In this document: piece after piece, positions 11,716 to 24,429 of the stretch
How the letters are laid out: each line of letters starts with the position of its first letter
Numbering within the stretch: position 1 is the stretch's first letter
Assembly (NCBI RefSeq): GCF_000143415.4
Contig: NW_003314305.1
Span: 1,083,974-1,147,973 of the forward strand
Direction of reading: 5' to 3'
Source of the DNA: Selaginella moellendorffii
Taxonomy: Eukaryota; Plantae; Lycopodiophyta
DNA length: 64,000 nt
Notes under the pieces: model-generated
The model's input: the letters and a program-made list of their open reading frames with translations, nothing else
Databases searched by the model: none
What the model was told of the DNA's origin: nothing
Position numbers and translations under genes: made by a program

Positions 11716-12643
11716 ATGTCAGAACCAGTTGTGTACTGGGGATTGACCAGCAAGACTTGGGTGCTGTACAAAAGAGGAGCTACTCGGCGAATAGTTACCA
11801 AGTACTTTGGGGTACAGACTATTTTTCTTGACTTTTCGTTTCCTAGTTTTGTTTTCTTTTGTTTTTCGAGCTACAGTGGCTGGATTGTGGAAGACCGACT
11901 ACAATGCCATTGGCTTTATCTCGGTTATATCCACGGGGTTTGCACACTGTCAACTTTTCATCTATGAAGTTGAAGAACACATGCACAAAGCGTGAATGGA
12001 CCCTCAAGATCATCCTCAATATACCTGTCGACCTCGTGGATTGTCTGAGCAAACTGATCGATGTCAAATTTCTGGAGCAAGTCATTCAGAGAGCTCATCA
12101 TGAGTCAAGCCTAGAATTCCAACCAAACCAATTCGACTCTCCTGCTGCTACAGAGACCTACAAAAGGTTTGTGAGAGCTCTCGAGCGCTACGCCATCCTT
12201 GTCGATAGGGGCATTGTAGGTACGTGTTTGAAGTTCTGCCACCTTTTTATTTTCAAAAGCGATTATATGACCTGAAACTTGGATCAGATGAGATGCGGCA
12301 AGCGGTAGAGCGTTACAGTATCTCAGGTCTCAAATCTTTGGAGTTTGTGTTTCATGGAAGCTGTTTGCAAAACATAAACTCCATCCTTGAACAGGGTCTT
12401 GATCCCAAAAGGGCCAAGGACAAAGGCCACGGCCGTTTTCTCTGGGTTGGAAAGACTCCTATTGTGAGTGCAGCGTATTCCAAAGGCCAGGATGCCTGTG
12501 AGAAAACAATGGTGCTGTTTTTGGAGCTTAGAAATCACGGTGAATCCAGCTGGACTACTGATGGCAGACGAGCTTTGCCACTTGACAAGGCCAATGTTTT
12601 ACTGCCTGTGGCAAAAGTAGTCTCAACTAAAACCATCTTTTAG
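11716..12643 (+). CDS. WWE + PARP-like ADP-ribosyltransferase-fold protein, copy A, about 264 aa; exons 11716-11811, 11877-12219, 12288-12643
   Basis: WWE-like VYWGLTSKTWVLY...HTVNFSSMKLKN...REW. ART-like FVFHGS..NINSILEQGLD, GHGRFLWVG..P..S..Y, MVLFLEL and LLPVAKV. Phase-compatible GT-AG introns match copy C. TATA-like sequence lies just upstream. Confidence 0.75.
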
Positions 12644-12959
12644 CATTTAATATTCTTTAATTTTTAAAAGCTTTTTGGAGAACAAACTCTAAGAACCTAA
12701 ATTTATCCGTAGATGGTTTGGTAACTTTCTTGTTATGTGAGAAAGTTGCATTTCTTTCTTTTTTTCATTGTTATTTGTCATGACATTGATATTGTTATTT
12801 GCACATCTTTTCTCTATAGTCTTAATGTTGGAATGCTAGATTCTATGGCCTTGAATGGCATATACTTTGTATATCTATGGAAAAGCATAAGGATATTCTT
12901 AATCCAATGGCTTCCTGACAAGGACATTCCTCATTGTGGAATACCTGAATTGCCATAGT

Positions 12960-15230
12960 GGATCACAATGGATTACATTCCAGTTTGGTCTTAGCAGCAG
13001 TTTTACAATGTTTTACACTTTAAACTTCCTAATGGGAAATCTCCAATCTTCCAGATGAATATTTCCTAGTTATGTGGCATGATATGGCAATTGAAATTGG
13101 CCAGATCAAATGGTTATTCCCCAATGAAATGGAATCTTCCATAATATAGGACAATGAAAAATTTCCTTTTGCTATATTTTCCTAACAGGTCTGACAGGAT
13201 CCTGGCAAGAGAAAAAACCCCAATGGGACCTCTTGTCAAGACATTTTTCTTCTGAAGATATGTTTTGTCAGGAAGATTTTTCTTCCAATGGAGTTCATGC
13301 CAGGAGATTTACCTCTTGATGGATAATTATATTCCTGACAAAAGAACCCATTAGGACCTCCCAACGAATCAAATTCAATTTTTTCTTTCTATTGGTAGAA
13401 ATTTTCCTTCCAGGTTAAGGATTTCTTGTTAATGGGAGAAAGTTCTTGAAGGGAATCAGAAGATCTTCCCAATGGGATGTGTTTCCTCCCAATATGCTAG
13501 ATTCCATAAAAAAGAAATTGTTCAGGTTTACCAATAAAAAAGATGCCTCACAAGAAGTCATCTATATTAAAAGAATATTTGAGTATCACAAATTTTAACA
13601 ATAAAACTGTTGGTTGTCTTTTTTTCTTGTGACTTCGAAAAAGGTTCAAACAATAGTCAAGAAGCAAGTAAAATCAATTGTAACCAACTGGATGTTATAA
13701 GCCCATAAATAGTGATCTTGTGAGCAACATAGGTTACATGTTACTCACATGTGGTGAGGAAGTAAAGTACTTTAGTAAATACAGAGGGTGGTTATAACTG
13801 TAGATGTAAAAGCTAATCTCATCCAAGACTTCATACCAAAGGAAGCATATATCACTCAATAATGTTATAATCTATGGTTTTTTTAAATTTGTAGGCTGAT
13901 ATGCATGTAGCAAAAGTAGATGCTCTTTAGGTGCCTTATAGAAATCACCTCTAGTTTAGTGAATTTAATCACCTCAAAAGGGTACATACTCTTCTGCATG
14001 TCAATGATGCCCATGTGGTTGACGATATTTGTGAGGGTCATAATATGATCGTTTACTACAGCCAACTCATCATCTAGCTTCTCTGCTCTCAACCTCTCAT
14101 ACACCACCTACTCTTAAAGGTTGTAATTTGTTTTGATGCACAAACAGAGTTGATAGTAGTGTGTAGATTTGATGTCAAGGTGCCAAATCCATTGCAAAGG
14201 TACTACACAACTTTGGCTCAGGTCATCAACCACAAGCATTGTGGAAAGATTGCTCAGTTCCAATTCAATGTTGCTATTCTAACTTTATTGCATATATTCT
14301 TCATTGACCACATCCACAAGTCACCTTGAGGCTATGGAGGTGCTTACTGTATACCTACAATGCCAAAAAGAATTTTAAAAGGATAAAAGTGAAAAAAATA
14401 TTCTTACTTGGATATAGTGATGAGTAGCTTTGATTTCAACTAAACTTACTATCACTTCCTCTTATCTAGATCAAAAAGAGCCTTTGTGTGATGGGCTTAT
14501 ATGTTTCTTAACTTCTCTATCATTAACTAAATCATGGACATCTTTGTAGTGAACATGGTCTTTTTCATCATACCCCAGCTCTTTGATAATGCATTGGTGA
14601 TAGCTAATTGCTAGATTGTCCTCCTGCCCTCTCATGCCTCATGAGCAATCTCAAATACACTTTAGATGCATTCTAATAAGGCAGTTATGAGAACACATCT
14701 TCATATCTAGCAAGGTAGTCAACCATAGCTGATTGAAGCAGCATCCAAATAATAAAAAGAATACAAAAATGAGAACTAATTATGAATATAAACAAAACAA
14801 GCATATACATGATCCTCCGTGCTTGTCCAGCACCAACAATCAATCAATGCTGTCCTACTAGATACATCCCTAATATCACAACAATTGCACTCATTATGCC
14901 ACCCAATGCTGATCTTGCCCTTGCCTTATAACAATGACAAGAAACCCTAAACCCAAAACAGAGAATCACGCTTCAAGTTGTCTGTCTTGGGAATTACAAA
15001 GGAAATATTTACCATCGGGAGCATCTGCCTCTCATCAGGAAGTATTAATCTACCCATCGGGAAAGCATTTTCCCAATGGGAGATTTTCCCATCGGGTACA
15101 TTCCTCTCCCATCAGGAAAATTGCCATCCAAAAATCACTGTATCTGTTGGGGTATCACATCTCCATTGGATTTTCACCATATTTGTCAGGTATTTTCATG
15201 TGGATGCAGTGATACATAATTAATATTGAT
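12960..15230 (-). mobile_element. Highly degraded DNA transposon (hAT-like) with repetitive subterminal regions
   Basis: CCCAATGGGA-like palindromic motifs cluster at 13.0-13.5 kb and 15.0-15.2 kb. The minus-strand remnant near 14270-14360 (STSIAS...WSMKNICNKVR) resembles the hAT dimerisation motif. No TIR or TSD was resolved. Confidence 0.4.
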
Positions 15231-15261
15231 TTCTCATTCCTTTTCTATTACAGTTACTAGC

Positions 15262-15870
15262 GTTAGCCATATGAGCTGCTGAAAGAATACTTTCCAAGTA
15301 CTCTGAGGTATCTCGGTTTGCACACCATCAACTTTTCAGCGATGAAGGTGAAAAATACATGCACAAAGCATGAATGGAGTCTCAAGATCATCCTGGTCGA
15401 CCTCGTGAATTGTCTCAGAAAACTGATCAATGTCAGCTTTCTGGAGCAAGTCACGCTCATCCCACGACAACCCTGGAATTCCACTCAAACCAATTTTTGC
15501 CACCTTTTTCGTTTACAAAGGTGATTACATGATTACTGAAACTTGGATCGGATGAGATGCAGCAAGCGGTGGAGCAATGCAGCATCTTGGGTCTCAGATC
15601 TTTGGAGTTTGTGTTTCATGGAAGCCCGCTGCAAAACATAAGCTCCATCCTTGAGAGCCAAGGACACTGGCCATGGCCGTTTTTTGTGGGTTGGAAAAAC
15701 TCCAGTTGTGAGTGCAGAGTATTGCAGGAGCCAGAGCTGTGAGAAAACAATGGTTCTTGGAACTCACAAATCATGGTAAATCCAACCGGACTGATGGCAG
15801 ACGAATTTTACCGCTTGACAAGGCCGATGTTTTACTGCCAGCAAGTAGTTTCTAAGATTAAAGGCTAAGT
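15262..15870 (+). pseudogene. WWE + PARP-like gene, copy B (deleted and frameshifted)
   Basis: Close similarity to copy A (HTINFSAMKVKNTCTKHEWSLKIIL; SLEFVFHGSPLQNISSILE). Intron 1 and parts of exons 2 and 3 are deleted, and there are frameshifts. Confidence 0.85.
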
Positions 15871-16062
15871 CCATCTTTTAGAAAAAAGAGGTTTCCAAGT
15901 TCTCAACTGGTGAGATATTCTAGCAATAATAAGCTTAATCGTTTGACTTAGAGGTAGTGAGAACATCATCACGAGGATTTAGGGTTTAAGCGGCATGAAA
16001 GGGCTAAAAGTACTTTTTATAAAAAAGGAAATTTAGGGTTCCATTCTTCCATGGCGCGATGA

Positions 16063-19000
16063 ATGGAGGCCGGGGACTGGCGCTACCACGCCCCAACTCC
16101 CTCAAGGTATGGCGCGGGATTTTCCAATGCCGCTACTCCTCTCTCAGCTCGGATTCTCTTGGCGATGGATGGATTAGGGGCTGCCGCCGCTGCAGCTCAC
16201 GCGAATTCCATCGAGAGCGCGTGGATTGGAGCTGAGCTCTTCCTTCCTTCGACGGGTAGGCTGAAGCTAGGTTTCTCGGGATTGTTTGTGGGAATTGGCG
16301 TGCTTGGCAGGATGCTTTGTCGCTGCAAAGCGTCCAGCTCGCGAGATTGGCGAAATGCCGCGGCCTGTGCTGCTCAAGAGCAGCGATTGCGCTGGAATTG
16401 CCCAAGGAAATCGCGGTGACATCGCTGAGGATCACGCAGAGAGCGCTCACAAGGTTCTAGAAATTTTTCTTTGTGATGTTTTGGTTTAGCTTTCTTTGCT
16501 TTTCTTCCAGTACGCTCGCGACGGTTGGAAAATTCCCTTGTCCAGTACAATGCGTGGCTGCTGCTGGGGTCATAGCATTTGCTCTTTGGGGACTCTTGCC
16601 TTCCATCCAACTCATTCGTCGCAATATCTTCCAGGTGGAAAGATAGAGTTCGTGAATTTTTGTTTCTTTCTAGCTGATATTGGAGTGTTTCAATCAGCGA
16701 CGTGAATGGGACAAGAGTCGAACGAAGTACATACTTACGTCCTATGTCAAGCCTGTGTTATTGTGGGTTGCGATCATCGGAATATGCAGGTAGATATCTT
16801 GGTGTAACTTTTCTTTTCATGTTTTCTAGAACTTGAGATCTTGCAGGGCTCTAGACCCCGTCGTTCTTTCGTCCGAGACAAGCCAAGTTGTCAAGGAAAG
16901 ATTCTTGAATTTTCTACGATCTCTTTCAACTGTCCTGACATTTGCGTTTTGCACAGCGAGGTATGAAGCTTATTTGCCTCGGATCATGGATTTCTTTCTT
17001 CTTCTTTTTTTGGTGTGTTTCAGGATGACTCAACAAATTCAAAGGGTCATGATGGATCGTCACAACAATGAAGACTCTCGCAATGTACGTACTGTATGCT
17101 ACTTACTCTCTGTGTCATGAAAATCTGGTTAGTGATTGCAGCTTGGAATTCGTTTTATTGGCAGTGCAGTGTCCACTTCGGTGTGGGTGGCGGCTGTCTG
17201 CTTGTTTATGGAGCTCCTTGGTTTCTCGACTCAAAAATGGCTGACGGCCGGTGGATTCGGTACAGTGTTGCTGACTCTAGCAGGTCGAGAGGTTAGATTA
17301 CGTTCTCCTTTCTGTTTTCTTCAAAACAAATGACAGGATTTTATGTTTTGTAGATTTTTACGAACTTTTTGTCCAGTGTTATGATTCATGCTACCCGGCC
17401 GTTTGTTGAGTACGAGTGGATACAAACTAAAATCGATGGGCAGGAAGTTTCTGGTACTGTCGAGGTTGGTTGATACGTAAATTGTGTGTTATAGCAAATG
17501 GTAATCTAATGCCTTTCGATGTTTTCAGCATGTTGGCTGGTGGTCTCCTACAGTTATCAGAGGCGAAGATCGCGAAGCTGTGCATATACCCAACCACAAG
17601 TTCACGATGAGCGTTGTCCGCAATTTAAGTCAAAAAACTCATTGGCGTGTTAAGACGTACATTGGTCTCAGTCATTTGGATGCTAGCAAGATCCACGTAA
17701 GAAAACACTTATTGATTTTCTTTCTCTAAACACTTGTTCTTCCTTTCAGGTTATCGTCGCAGACATGAGAAAAGTTCTTTCCAAGCATCCACAAGTGGAG
17801 CACAGACGATTGCATCGAAGAGTGTTCTTTGACAACATCGACCCGTCAAACCAGTCGCTTATGGTAGGAAAACATCTTCATTTCTACTAATTCCTTTTTT
17901 TTCTTTGAATGCAGATCATGATTTCTTGCTTCGTAAAAACTTCCCACTACGAAGAATATCTCAGTGTGAAGGTTAGTATTTGTTCTGCCGCTACTTGCGT
18001 TCTTATGATTCTTCATGGCAGGAAATTATTCTTCTCAACCTGCTCAAAGTCATCAGCCATCACAATGCCCGACTTGCCACTCCCATTCGCTCTATCCAGA
18101 GGGTATACGACGAAGCAGAAACTCGCCAGTCGCCTTACAGAAACGTGTCCAACGAAGATGGCAGGCCGTTGCTCCTCGTAGACGCATCCGCAGTACCAGC
18201 CGAGTCTGGGAAGGCGAAGCATGAGGCGCCAAACACTGTCGCTCCTATCGAAGTTCCGAAACAGGATATGGAAGAAGCACAGCCTTCTCCAAAGACACCT
18301 CTCGAAGGTTTGGATTCCATGGGACTTAATGCTAAAGACATGAGCTTGCTAGGTGCGGCTTTCGAAAAACCTCCAGCAAAGATCTCGGAAGTCTCGGCTG
18401 ACAGTGGTGGCGAGCCAGCGACGATTAAGGCCGAGGACCAGAAAAGCAGCGAGACCGGCGAAAACACAAAGCAGCATTTAGGAAAGCAAGCGATCAAAGA
18501 CAGCAGCAAGCCACCAAAGGCGTCGACATCGCCCAAGGAACCCCCAGCTTCGCCGAAACGAGAGATCAAGCTGGAGGCGAGTAACGAGAGCACAGGGAAA
18601 GCGAAAGAGTTGCAAGAGACAAAGTCAGGACCATCCGAGACAGCGAAAGATTTGAAAGTGAAGCAAAAGGAAGCTAGAGACAGGCAGCAGCAGCAACAGG
18701 TGGACGATCCATGGAAAGAGACGGGGTCAGCAACAGCAACAGTAACAGGAACAGTTCCTTCTTCTTCTTCGAATCAAGCGAGCACAAGTAACAGCGAGGA
18801 ACAACAGGCAAAGAAATATCCTCCAACAAAGAGCACAGTCCAGGGAACTAACAACGAGGAACTACTGGCAAAGAAATCTCCTCCGACAACAAAGAGCACC
18901 GAGGAACTACAGGCAAAGAAATTTCCTCCAACAACAAAGAGCACAGGCCAGGGAAGTAACAACGAGGAACAACAGCTCAAGAAATCTCCTCCAGCAAACT

Positions 19001-19152
19001 TTGGAGAAGACAATCTAGTGCTAGGAGTAGCACTCGCTGGATCCAAACGCACGCTTTCACTGAGCGGCGATGGCGATGATAAGATCACGGGGGACTCGGA
19101 CACGAGGGGCGCTATTACTGCTGCTGGATCGCCGAAAGACAAAGATCTTTAG
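16063..19152 (+). CDS. MSL: MscS-like mechanosensitive channel of the plastid MSL2/MSL3 type, multi-exon; the start is approximate
   Basis: Exons encode [97 protein letters not shown] and [14 protein letters not shown]. Confidence 0.93.
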
Positions 19153-19616
19153 AGCAGCAGTGAGATCCAAGGAGGAAGAACTCCCAGGCATTAAATGGAG
19201 TTCTCCAAAGTTCTGGGAGGAAGAGATCAAGGAAGAAGAACTTCCAGGCATTATAAATGGAGTTCTTGGAGGAAGATGGTGGCCACAGTGAGTAAACTAC
19301 ACACACACAAAGATTTTTAGGATAAGTAGGTAAAAAAGGAGAAAAAACGAAGCCAGTAAAATTTTACCTATCGAGAGGTTGCCCGAATGCGGCCATCTTC
19401 TTCTTCCTGGGCGGCGATGGCGGCGGCGATGGAGAGGCGGCGCGATAGGCCGTGGGCTATGGATTGGGCGAATTGGGTGTGAGTCCCCGGCACCGCTCGC
19501 AAATGGGTACGCTCCAAATCCCGCAATTCAATCCGCCCGGGGGTGGTAGTGCCGCCCAGGACGTTTTAGGGCGTTGATGGAAGAGCAAGAGCAAGAGCAA
19601 GAGCACGCGACCAAGC

Positions 19617-21780
19617 ATGGGCGATCATCTGAGATACAAGCTCCTCCATCGCGCGCAATCGCCCACTTCCAATCTGCCCAAGCCGCTCTTCCAGGGGATG
19701 GACGTGGTGGGATTGAAGAAGCGCGGGCAGGGCATCCGGTCGTGGATCCGGATCGACCGCGCGGGCAATTCCCAGGTGCTAGAGATGGACAAGTTCGGCA
19801 TCATGAGGAGGTGTGAGCTCCCGGCTCGCGACTTGCGGCTGCTGGATCCACTCTTTGTCTATCCTTCCACGCTGCTGGGACGAGAGAAGGCCATCGTTGT
19901 CAACTTGGAGCAAATCCGGTGTATCATCACCGCGGACGAGGTGCTGCTCCTGAATTCGCTGGATCACTACGTGCTCCAGTACGTGAGCGAGCTCCAGCGG
20001 CGATTGATGCCGAGGATGACGAGCTCCTCGAGCAGTAGCAACATCGCTGGGAGATATGGTGGTGGTGGTGGGATTGGAGCGATTGGATTTGGAGGTGGTG
20101 GAGGTGGTGGTGGAGGGAGCTGGGAGTGTGAGAGTGAGGATCATCCGGCCAAGCAGGAGATGAGGAGGGCGGCGCTGATGAGAGAGACGGACATGTTTAG
20201 CGGATCGTCGGCGGCGGACGATTTGCCGTTCGAGTTTCGAGCGCTCGAGGTGGCGCTGGAGTCGGCGTGCACGTATCTTGATACACAGGTAACCAAGTTC
20301 TAGTTCCTCGATTCTTGGAAGAAAACTTTGGAAGAACTTTCATGCTTTTTTTTTCTTCTCTGAGATTTTTCAATATTTTTTTCTCTTTTGGTGCCTTTTG
20401 CTTTTTCTGTGATACTACTACTGATTGCTTCGTTTTTTCTCTTTTGTTCTTTCTCCTCTTTCCTGTGGCACGTTTTTGCTACTCACTGGTGGTCTTTTTG
20501 CTCTTTTTGACAGGCTACAGAGCTTGAAGAGGAAGCGTATCCAGTTCTGGACGATCTAACCTCGAAGATCAGCACGCTCAACCTGGAGCGAGTTCGTAGG
20601 CTTAAGAGCAGGCTCGTGGCACTCACCAGGAGAGTCCAAAAGGTACTGCTTTTACTCCGTTTCCCCTTTGGAAGCTTTCTTTCCATTGAAACCACTAAGT
20701 CACACTCCTTGTTCTTTCATTTTCGTTCCAACTTCACTGGTGTTTCCTCCAGCTTCCCAAGCTCACAAACCTCATTGTTGATCTTTGCTTCTCTCTTCTC
20801 ATTCTCTCCTATAAGTTTGCTGGAGTCACACCTTGTTCTTCGTTCCAACTTTACTCCATCTTCTTGAGCTTCCCGAGCTCACAAACCTCACTTGTTGATC
20901 TTTGCTTCTCTCTTCTCACATGAACTTTGGTGCTGTTCACACTCCTTGCTCTTTCATCTTCGTTCCAACTTCACTGGTGTTTGTTCGAGCCTCCCAAGCT
21001 CACAAACCTCATTGATACTTCATCTCACACGAACTTCCAGGTCCGGGACGAGATCGAGCACCTCATGGACGACGACGGTGACATGGCCGAGATGTATCTA
21101 ACCGAGAAGAAGGAGCGAGCCGAGGGCTTCTTGTACTCAAACAACGTCTGTGCGTCGGTGTCGGCCCCTGTGTCTCCGGTTGGCAGCCCGCCGACCGAGA
21201 AGATCAAGAGCCTGGACAAGACGATGAGCCTGGGAAGAAACCTCTTGGTCCAGCCACCCGGCTCGGACAGTGAAACGGAGCGAGTGGAGGAGCTGGAGAT
21301 GCTGCTCGAGGCCTACTTTGTTGTCATCGATGGCACGCTCAACAAGCTCACCTCGGTAAGGCGAAGGTTTCGAGATTTTCGAGTGAAAAAAAGAAAGGCT
21401 CGTGGTGTTATCCGTGTTAATCTCGCTGGTTATACACAGCTCAAGGAGTACATTGACGACACCGAGGATTTCATCAACATCCAACTGGTACTTTTCGAGA
21501 AGTTGTCGATCCAAGGTTTTTCGGTTTTTGATCGATGGTCTTTGTCCAGGACAATGTGAGGAACCAGCTGATCCAGTTTGAGTTGCTGCTCACGACCGCG
21601 ACGTTCGTGGTGGCAATTTTTGGCGTGATTGCGGGTGTTTTCGGGATGAACATCCAGATTGACCTCTTTGACGAGCCGCGAGCTTTCAAGTGGATTCTCA
21701 TCACGTCTGGCGTTGCTGGCATCGCGATCTTTCTCGCATTCATATTATTCTTTAAGCAGCGGAGGCTGCTGTCACTGTAA
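19617..21780 (+). CDS. MRS2: MRS2/MGT magnesium transporter; exons 19617-20288, 20514-20642, 21041-21355, 21440-21487, 21550-21780
   Basis: Motifs RDLRLLDP, REKAIVVNLEQI, LPFEFRALEVALE, DDDGDMAEMYLT and EELEMLLEAYF, plus the GMN motif with two C-terminal TMs. All exons are phase 0. Confidence 0.96.
20700..21015 (+). repeat. Three tandem copies of about 115-125 bp in MRS2 intron 2
   Basis: TTCGTTCCAACTT...CCC(A/G)AGCTCACAAACCTCA recurs three times. Confidence 0.8.
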
Positions 21781-21894
21781 AAAAAGTAAAGCCTCCGATT
21801 TGTGCAGCTGAGAGAAATAAGGAAAAGAAAGACCTTGCAGATCCATACCGTATATATACACGAAAGAAAGAAAAACAAAGCCATCCACTTTGGC

Positions 21895-23103
21895 TCACTT
21901 TCGGACGATCAAAACCGGGCATTTCGCGTTGTGAGTACAATAGTCGCTCACACTGCCAAGAAAAGTCCTGTGTCGGTCGAGAAAGTAAAAGAGCTTTAGT
22001 GATCTTCGAGAAGAAAGTGAGAGCTCACCGTTTGATGGCTCCGTGACCGCGGCTTCCCATCACCAGCAAGTCGGCATGGATCTTTTCCACGGCGTCGCAG
22101 ATACTGTCGCGAGGATCTCCAGTAGCCATCAGAAGCTCTGGGTGGTGGACCTGCGAGAAACGTGTATAAAAGACCATCTTAAACACAGAATAGGAGCCCA
22201 CATTGGCATCGCCGCAAATCCTCTTGGCTTTGTCGAGCAAGACCTTGCTTGAGTTCTCCTGGTGCTTCCTTGTGGCGGCCACCAAGTCGGGAGTGATGTA
22301 GAAGCCTACAGAACCAATGTCTTTGCGTTTCAAGCTACAATCCAAGGAAGAAAAGATCTACCAAAGCCAAAACTCAAGGAATGAAAGCTAGTAGAAAAGC
22401 ATAGACTGAATCCTAGCAAAAACCAACGAAGCTTTACCTGGTTTTAGAGCTGATGGAAGCGCAGATCACAAAAAAAACTCTATGGACTGAATCCTCTAGC
22501 AACAACCAACGAAGCTTTACCTGGTTTAAGAGCTGATGGACATGCGCAGATCACAAAAACTCTATAGACTGAATTCTCTAGCAAAAACCAACGAAGCTTA
22601 CCTGGTTTTAGAGCTGATGGAAATGCGTGTGAAGCGCAGATCACAAGGAGCAAACTTTGGTGCCAAAGACAAAAGATCTAACACCCATAGCTCTAATCGA
22701 GGAAACCATCACAAAGAACTCAAACCATAGCTCGAAAGAGAAAAAGAAGAGGAGCAAGCCCCACATTCTCTATGGAAAAAGCTAGAACGAGACGAAGAGT
22801 AGTACCTGGGCCGCCGGGACCAACGTAGCTATGGGGCATGAACTGCGAGTGTAGCAGCACAAGCCCATCCCCGGGCTGGACGACAGTGTCGAGAGCATAG
22901 CGGAGAGCTCGGATGCTTTCTTGGCTCTCGTCAATGGCCACGATGACCTTCTTGGCCTTGCGATCGCCGCCCACATTGACGGCGCCGCTGGGATCCGCTG
23001 CCTCGTCGCTGGCGATGGCAGCGGCGGCGATCTTGACGCTCTTCTTCTTGACCGGCGGCGCCTCCGCCATCACCACCGCCTCGCTCACTTCCTCGTCGCT
23101 CAT
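21895..23103 (-). CDS. Universal stress protein A (USP) domain protein, 4 exons
   Basis: KKVIVAIDESQESIRALRYAL; ATP-binding motif GDPRDSICDAVEKIHADLLVMGSRGHGAIKR; last exon (21967-21895) TFLGSVSDYCTHNAKCPVLIVRK followed by a stop. Confidence 0.93.
22400..22650. repeat. Three tandem copies of about 85 bp in USP intron 1
   Basis: ACCAACGAAGCTT(T)ACCTGGTTT.AGAGCTGATGGA...GCGCAGATCACAA occurs three times. Confidence 0.8.
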
Positions 23104-23204
23104 GTTTTGCCCTAGCCAAACACGTGGACTTCAACGGCTTACATTTGGCAGCATGGCATAGTGCCACGTGTTTTGTGAATATTCACTGGTATTCTTGGGC
23201 GTTG

Positions 23205-23205
<1 letters not shown>

Positions 23206-23242
<37 letters not shown>
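23206..23242. repeat. (CT)n microsatellite
   Basis: Seen directly in the sequence. Confidence 0.9.
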
Positions 23243-23246
<4 letters not shown>

Positions 23247-23338
23247 CACAATGTTAATTAACTTCTGGCATACAAAAAAAAAATGGACACACACAATGTC
23301 AATCAACTTTTGGCATACAAAAAAAAGATGGTGAAGTA

Positions 23339-24250
23339 TCAGCTATCGTTGAGCGAGTTTATAACTAGTTTTGCAACTGGCAGTAAGACATGGCTCTTGT
23401 TAAGTGGTACACTTCGTCTGCCATCCCAGGTCCAGTCGCTCTCGCCATGATTTTTGAGCTCCAAAAACAGCACCATTGTACGTGGGTCGCAACCACAGTA
23501 ACTCCAGCTCACCCGTGGAGTCTTTCCAACCCACAGAAAGGGTCCAAAGCCACTGTCCTTGGCTTTCTTGGGATCAAGACCCCGTTTAAGGATGGAGCTT
23601 ATGTTTTTCTGCCAGCTTCCATGAAACACAAACTCCAACGATTTGAGGCTTGAGATGTTGCACTTGTTCACCGCTTGCCGCATCTCATCTGCATTACCCA
23701 CCAAAGAAACTTAGCACAAAGGTTGGCAGGAAGAGCGTGAAAAGCTGGCAGACTTGTAGAGTTTACGTACCCAAGATGCTCTTGTCGTGGAGGGTGGCGT
23801 AGCATTGGAGAGCTCTCACGAACTTCTTGTAGATCTTTGTAGCCGGGGATAATTTGTTTGGATGGATTTGCGAAAAAGTAATCCCGGAATGATAAGGGAG
23901 GACAGTCGACTCCAAAAACTTGGCATCCATCAGTTTGATGAGCTCGTCCTCTACGGGCGCGAGGATTATCTTGACGCTTCTATCGTATCTTCCGAGTCTA
24001 CTCTTCAGCTTCATTGTCCCGAAATTGATACTGTGCCAACCTCGTTCACCCAAATCCAATGGCATTGTGGATTGCAGTGCGCTATTCAACCACTATAAAA
24101 TATGAATTGGAAAAAGAAAAGCAATCTTTGAAGAAGGAACAGTACCTCAAAATATTTGACAAGGATCTTTAGAGCAACGTCTTGCTTGTATGGCTTCCAG
24201 GCCTTGTTTTTGACTCGCCAGTAAACTCCCGGCTCCATCGGCATGGCCAT
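23339..24250 (-). CDS. WWE + PARP-like protein, copy C, about 258 aa; exons 24250-24146, 24092-23771, 23688-23339
   Basis: VYWRVKNKAWKPYKQDVALKIL...WHSINFGTMKLKSRLGRYDRSVK (WWE-like), then FVFHGSWQKNISSILKRGLD...GFGPFLWVGKTPRVSWSY...VLLPVAKL. Same intron positions and phases (0, 1) as copy A, and the spliced frame is open. Confidence 0.78.
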
Positions 24251-24429
24251 TTTTGGATAGACAAAACCTAATTAGTTGTAATATTTAATCTTTAAAATTT
24301 TTAAGCATCCGAAAATATTTTGGCACCTGGAATGCACAAACTGGCGTCTGTTTCTCTAGACAGATAAGTTTTTAGCGGCAAACGAGCAATGGAAGCTTCA
24401 GCTGAATTCACAGTGTATGGAAGATCCAA

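Noticed and set aside
11401-11716. Functional link between tRNA-Met and the adjacent ART gene
   Set aside because: Only proximity supports it, the other ART copies have no tRNA nearby, and the genome is gene-dense.
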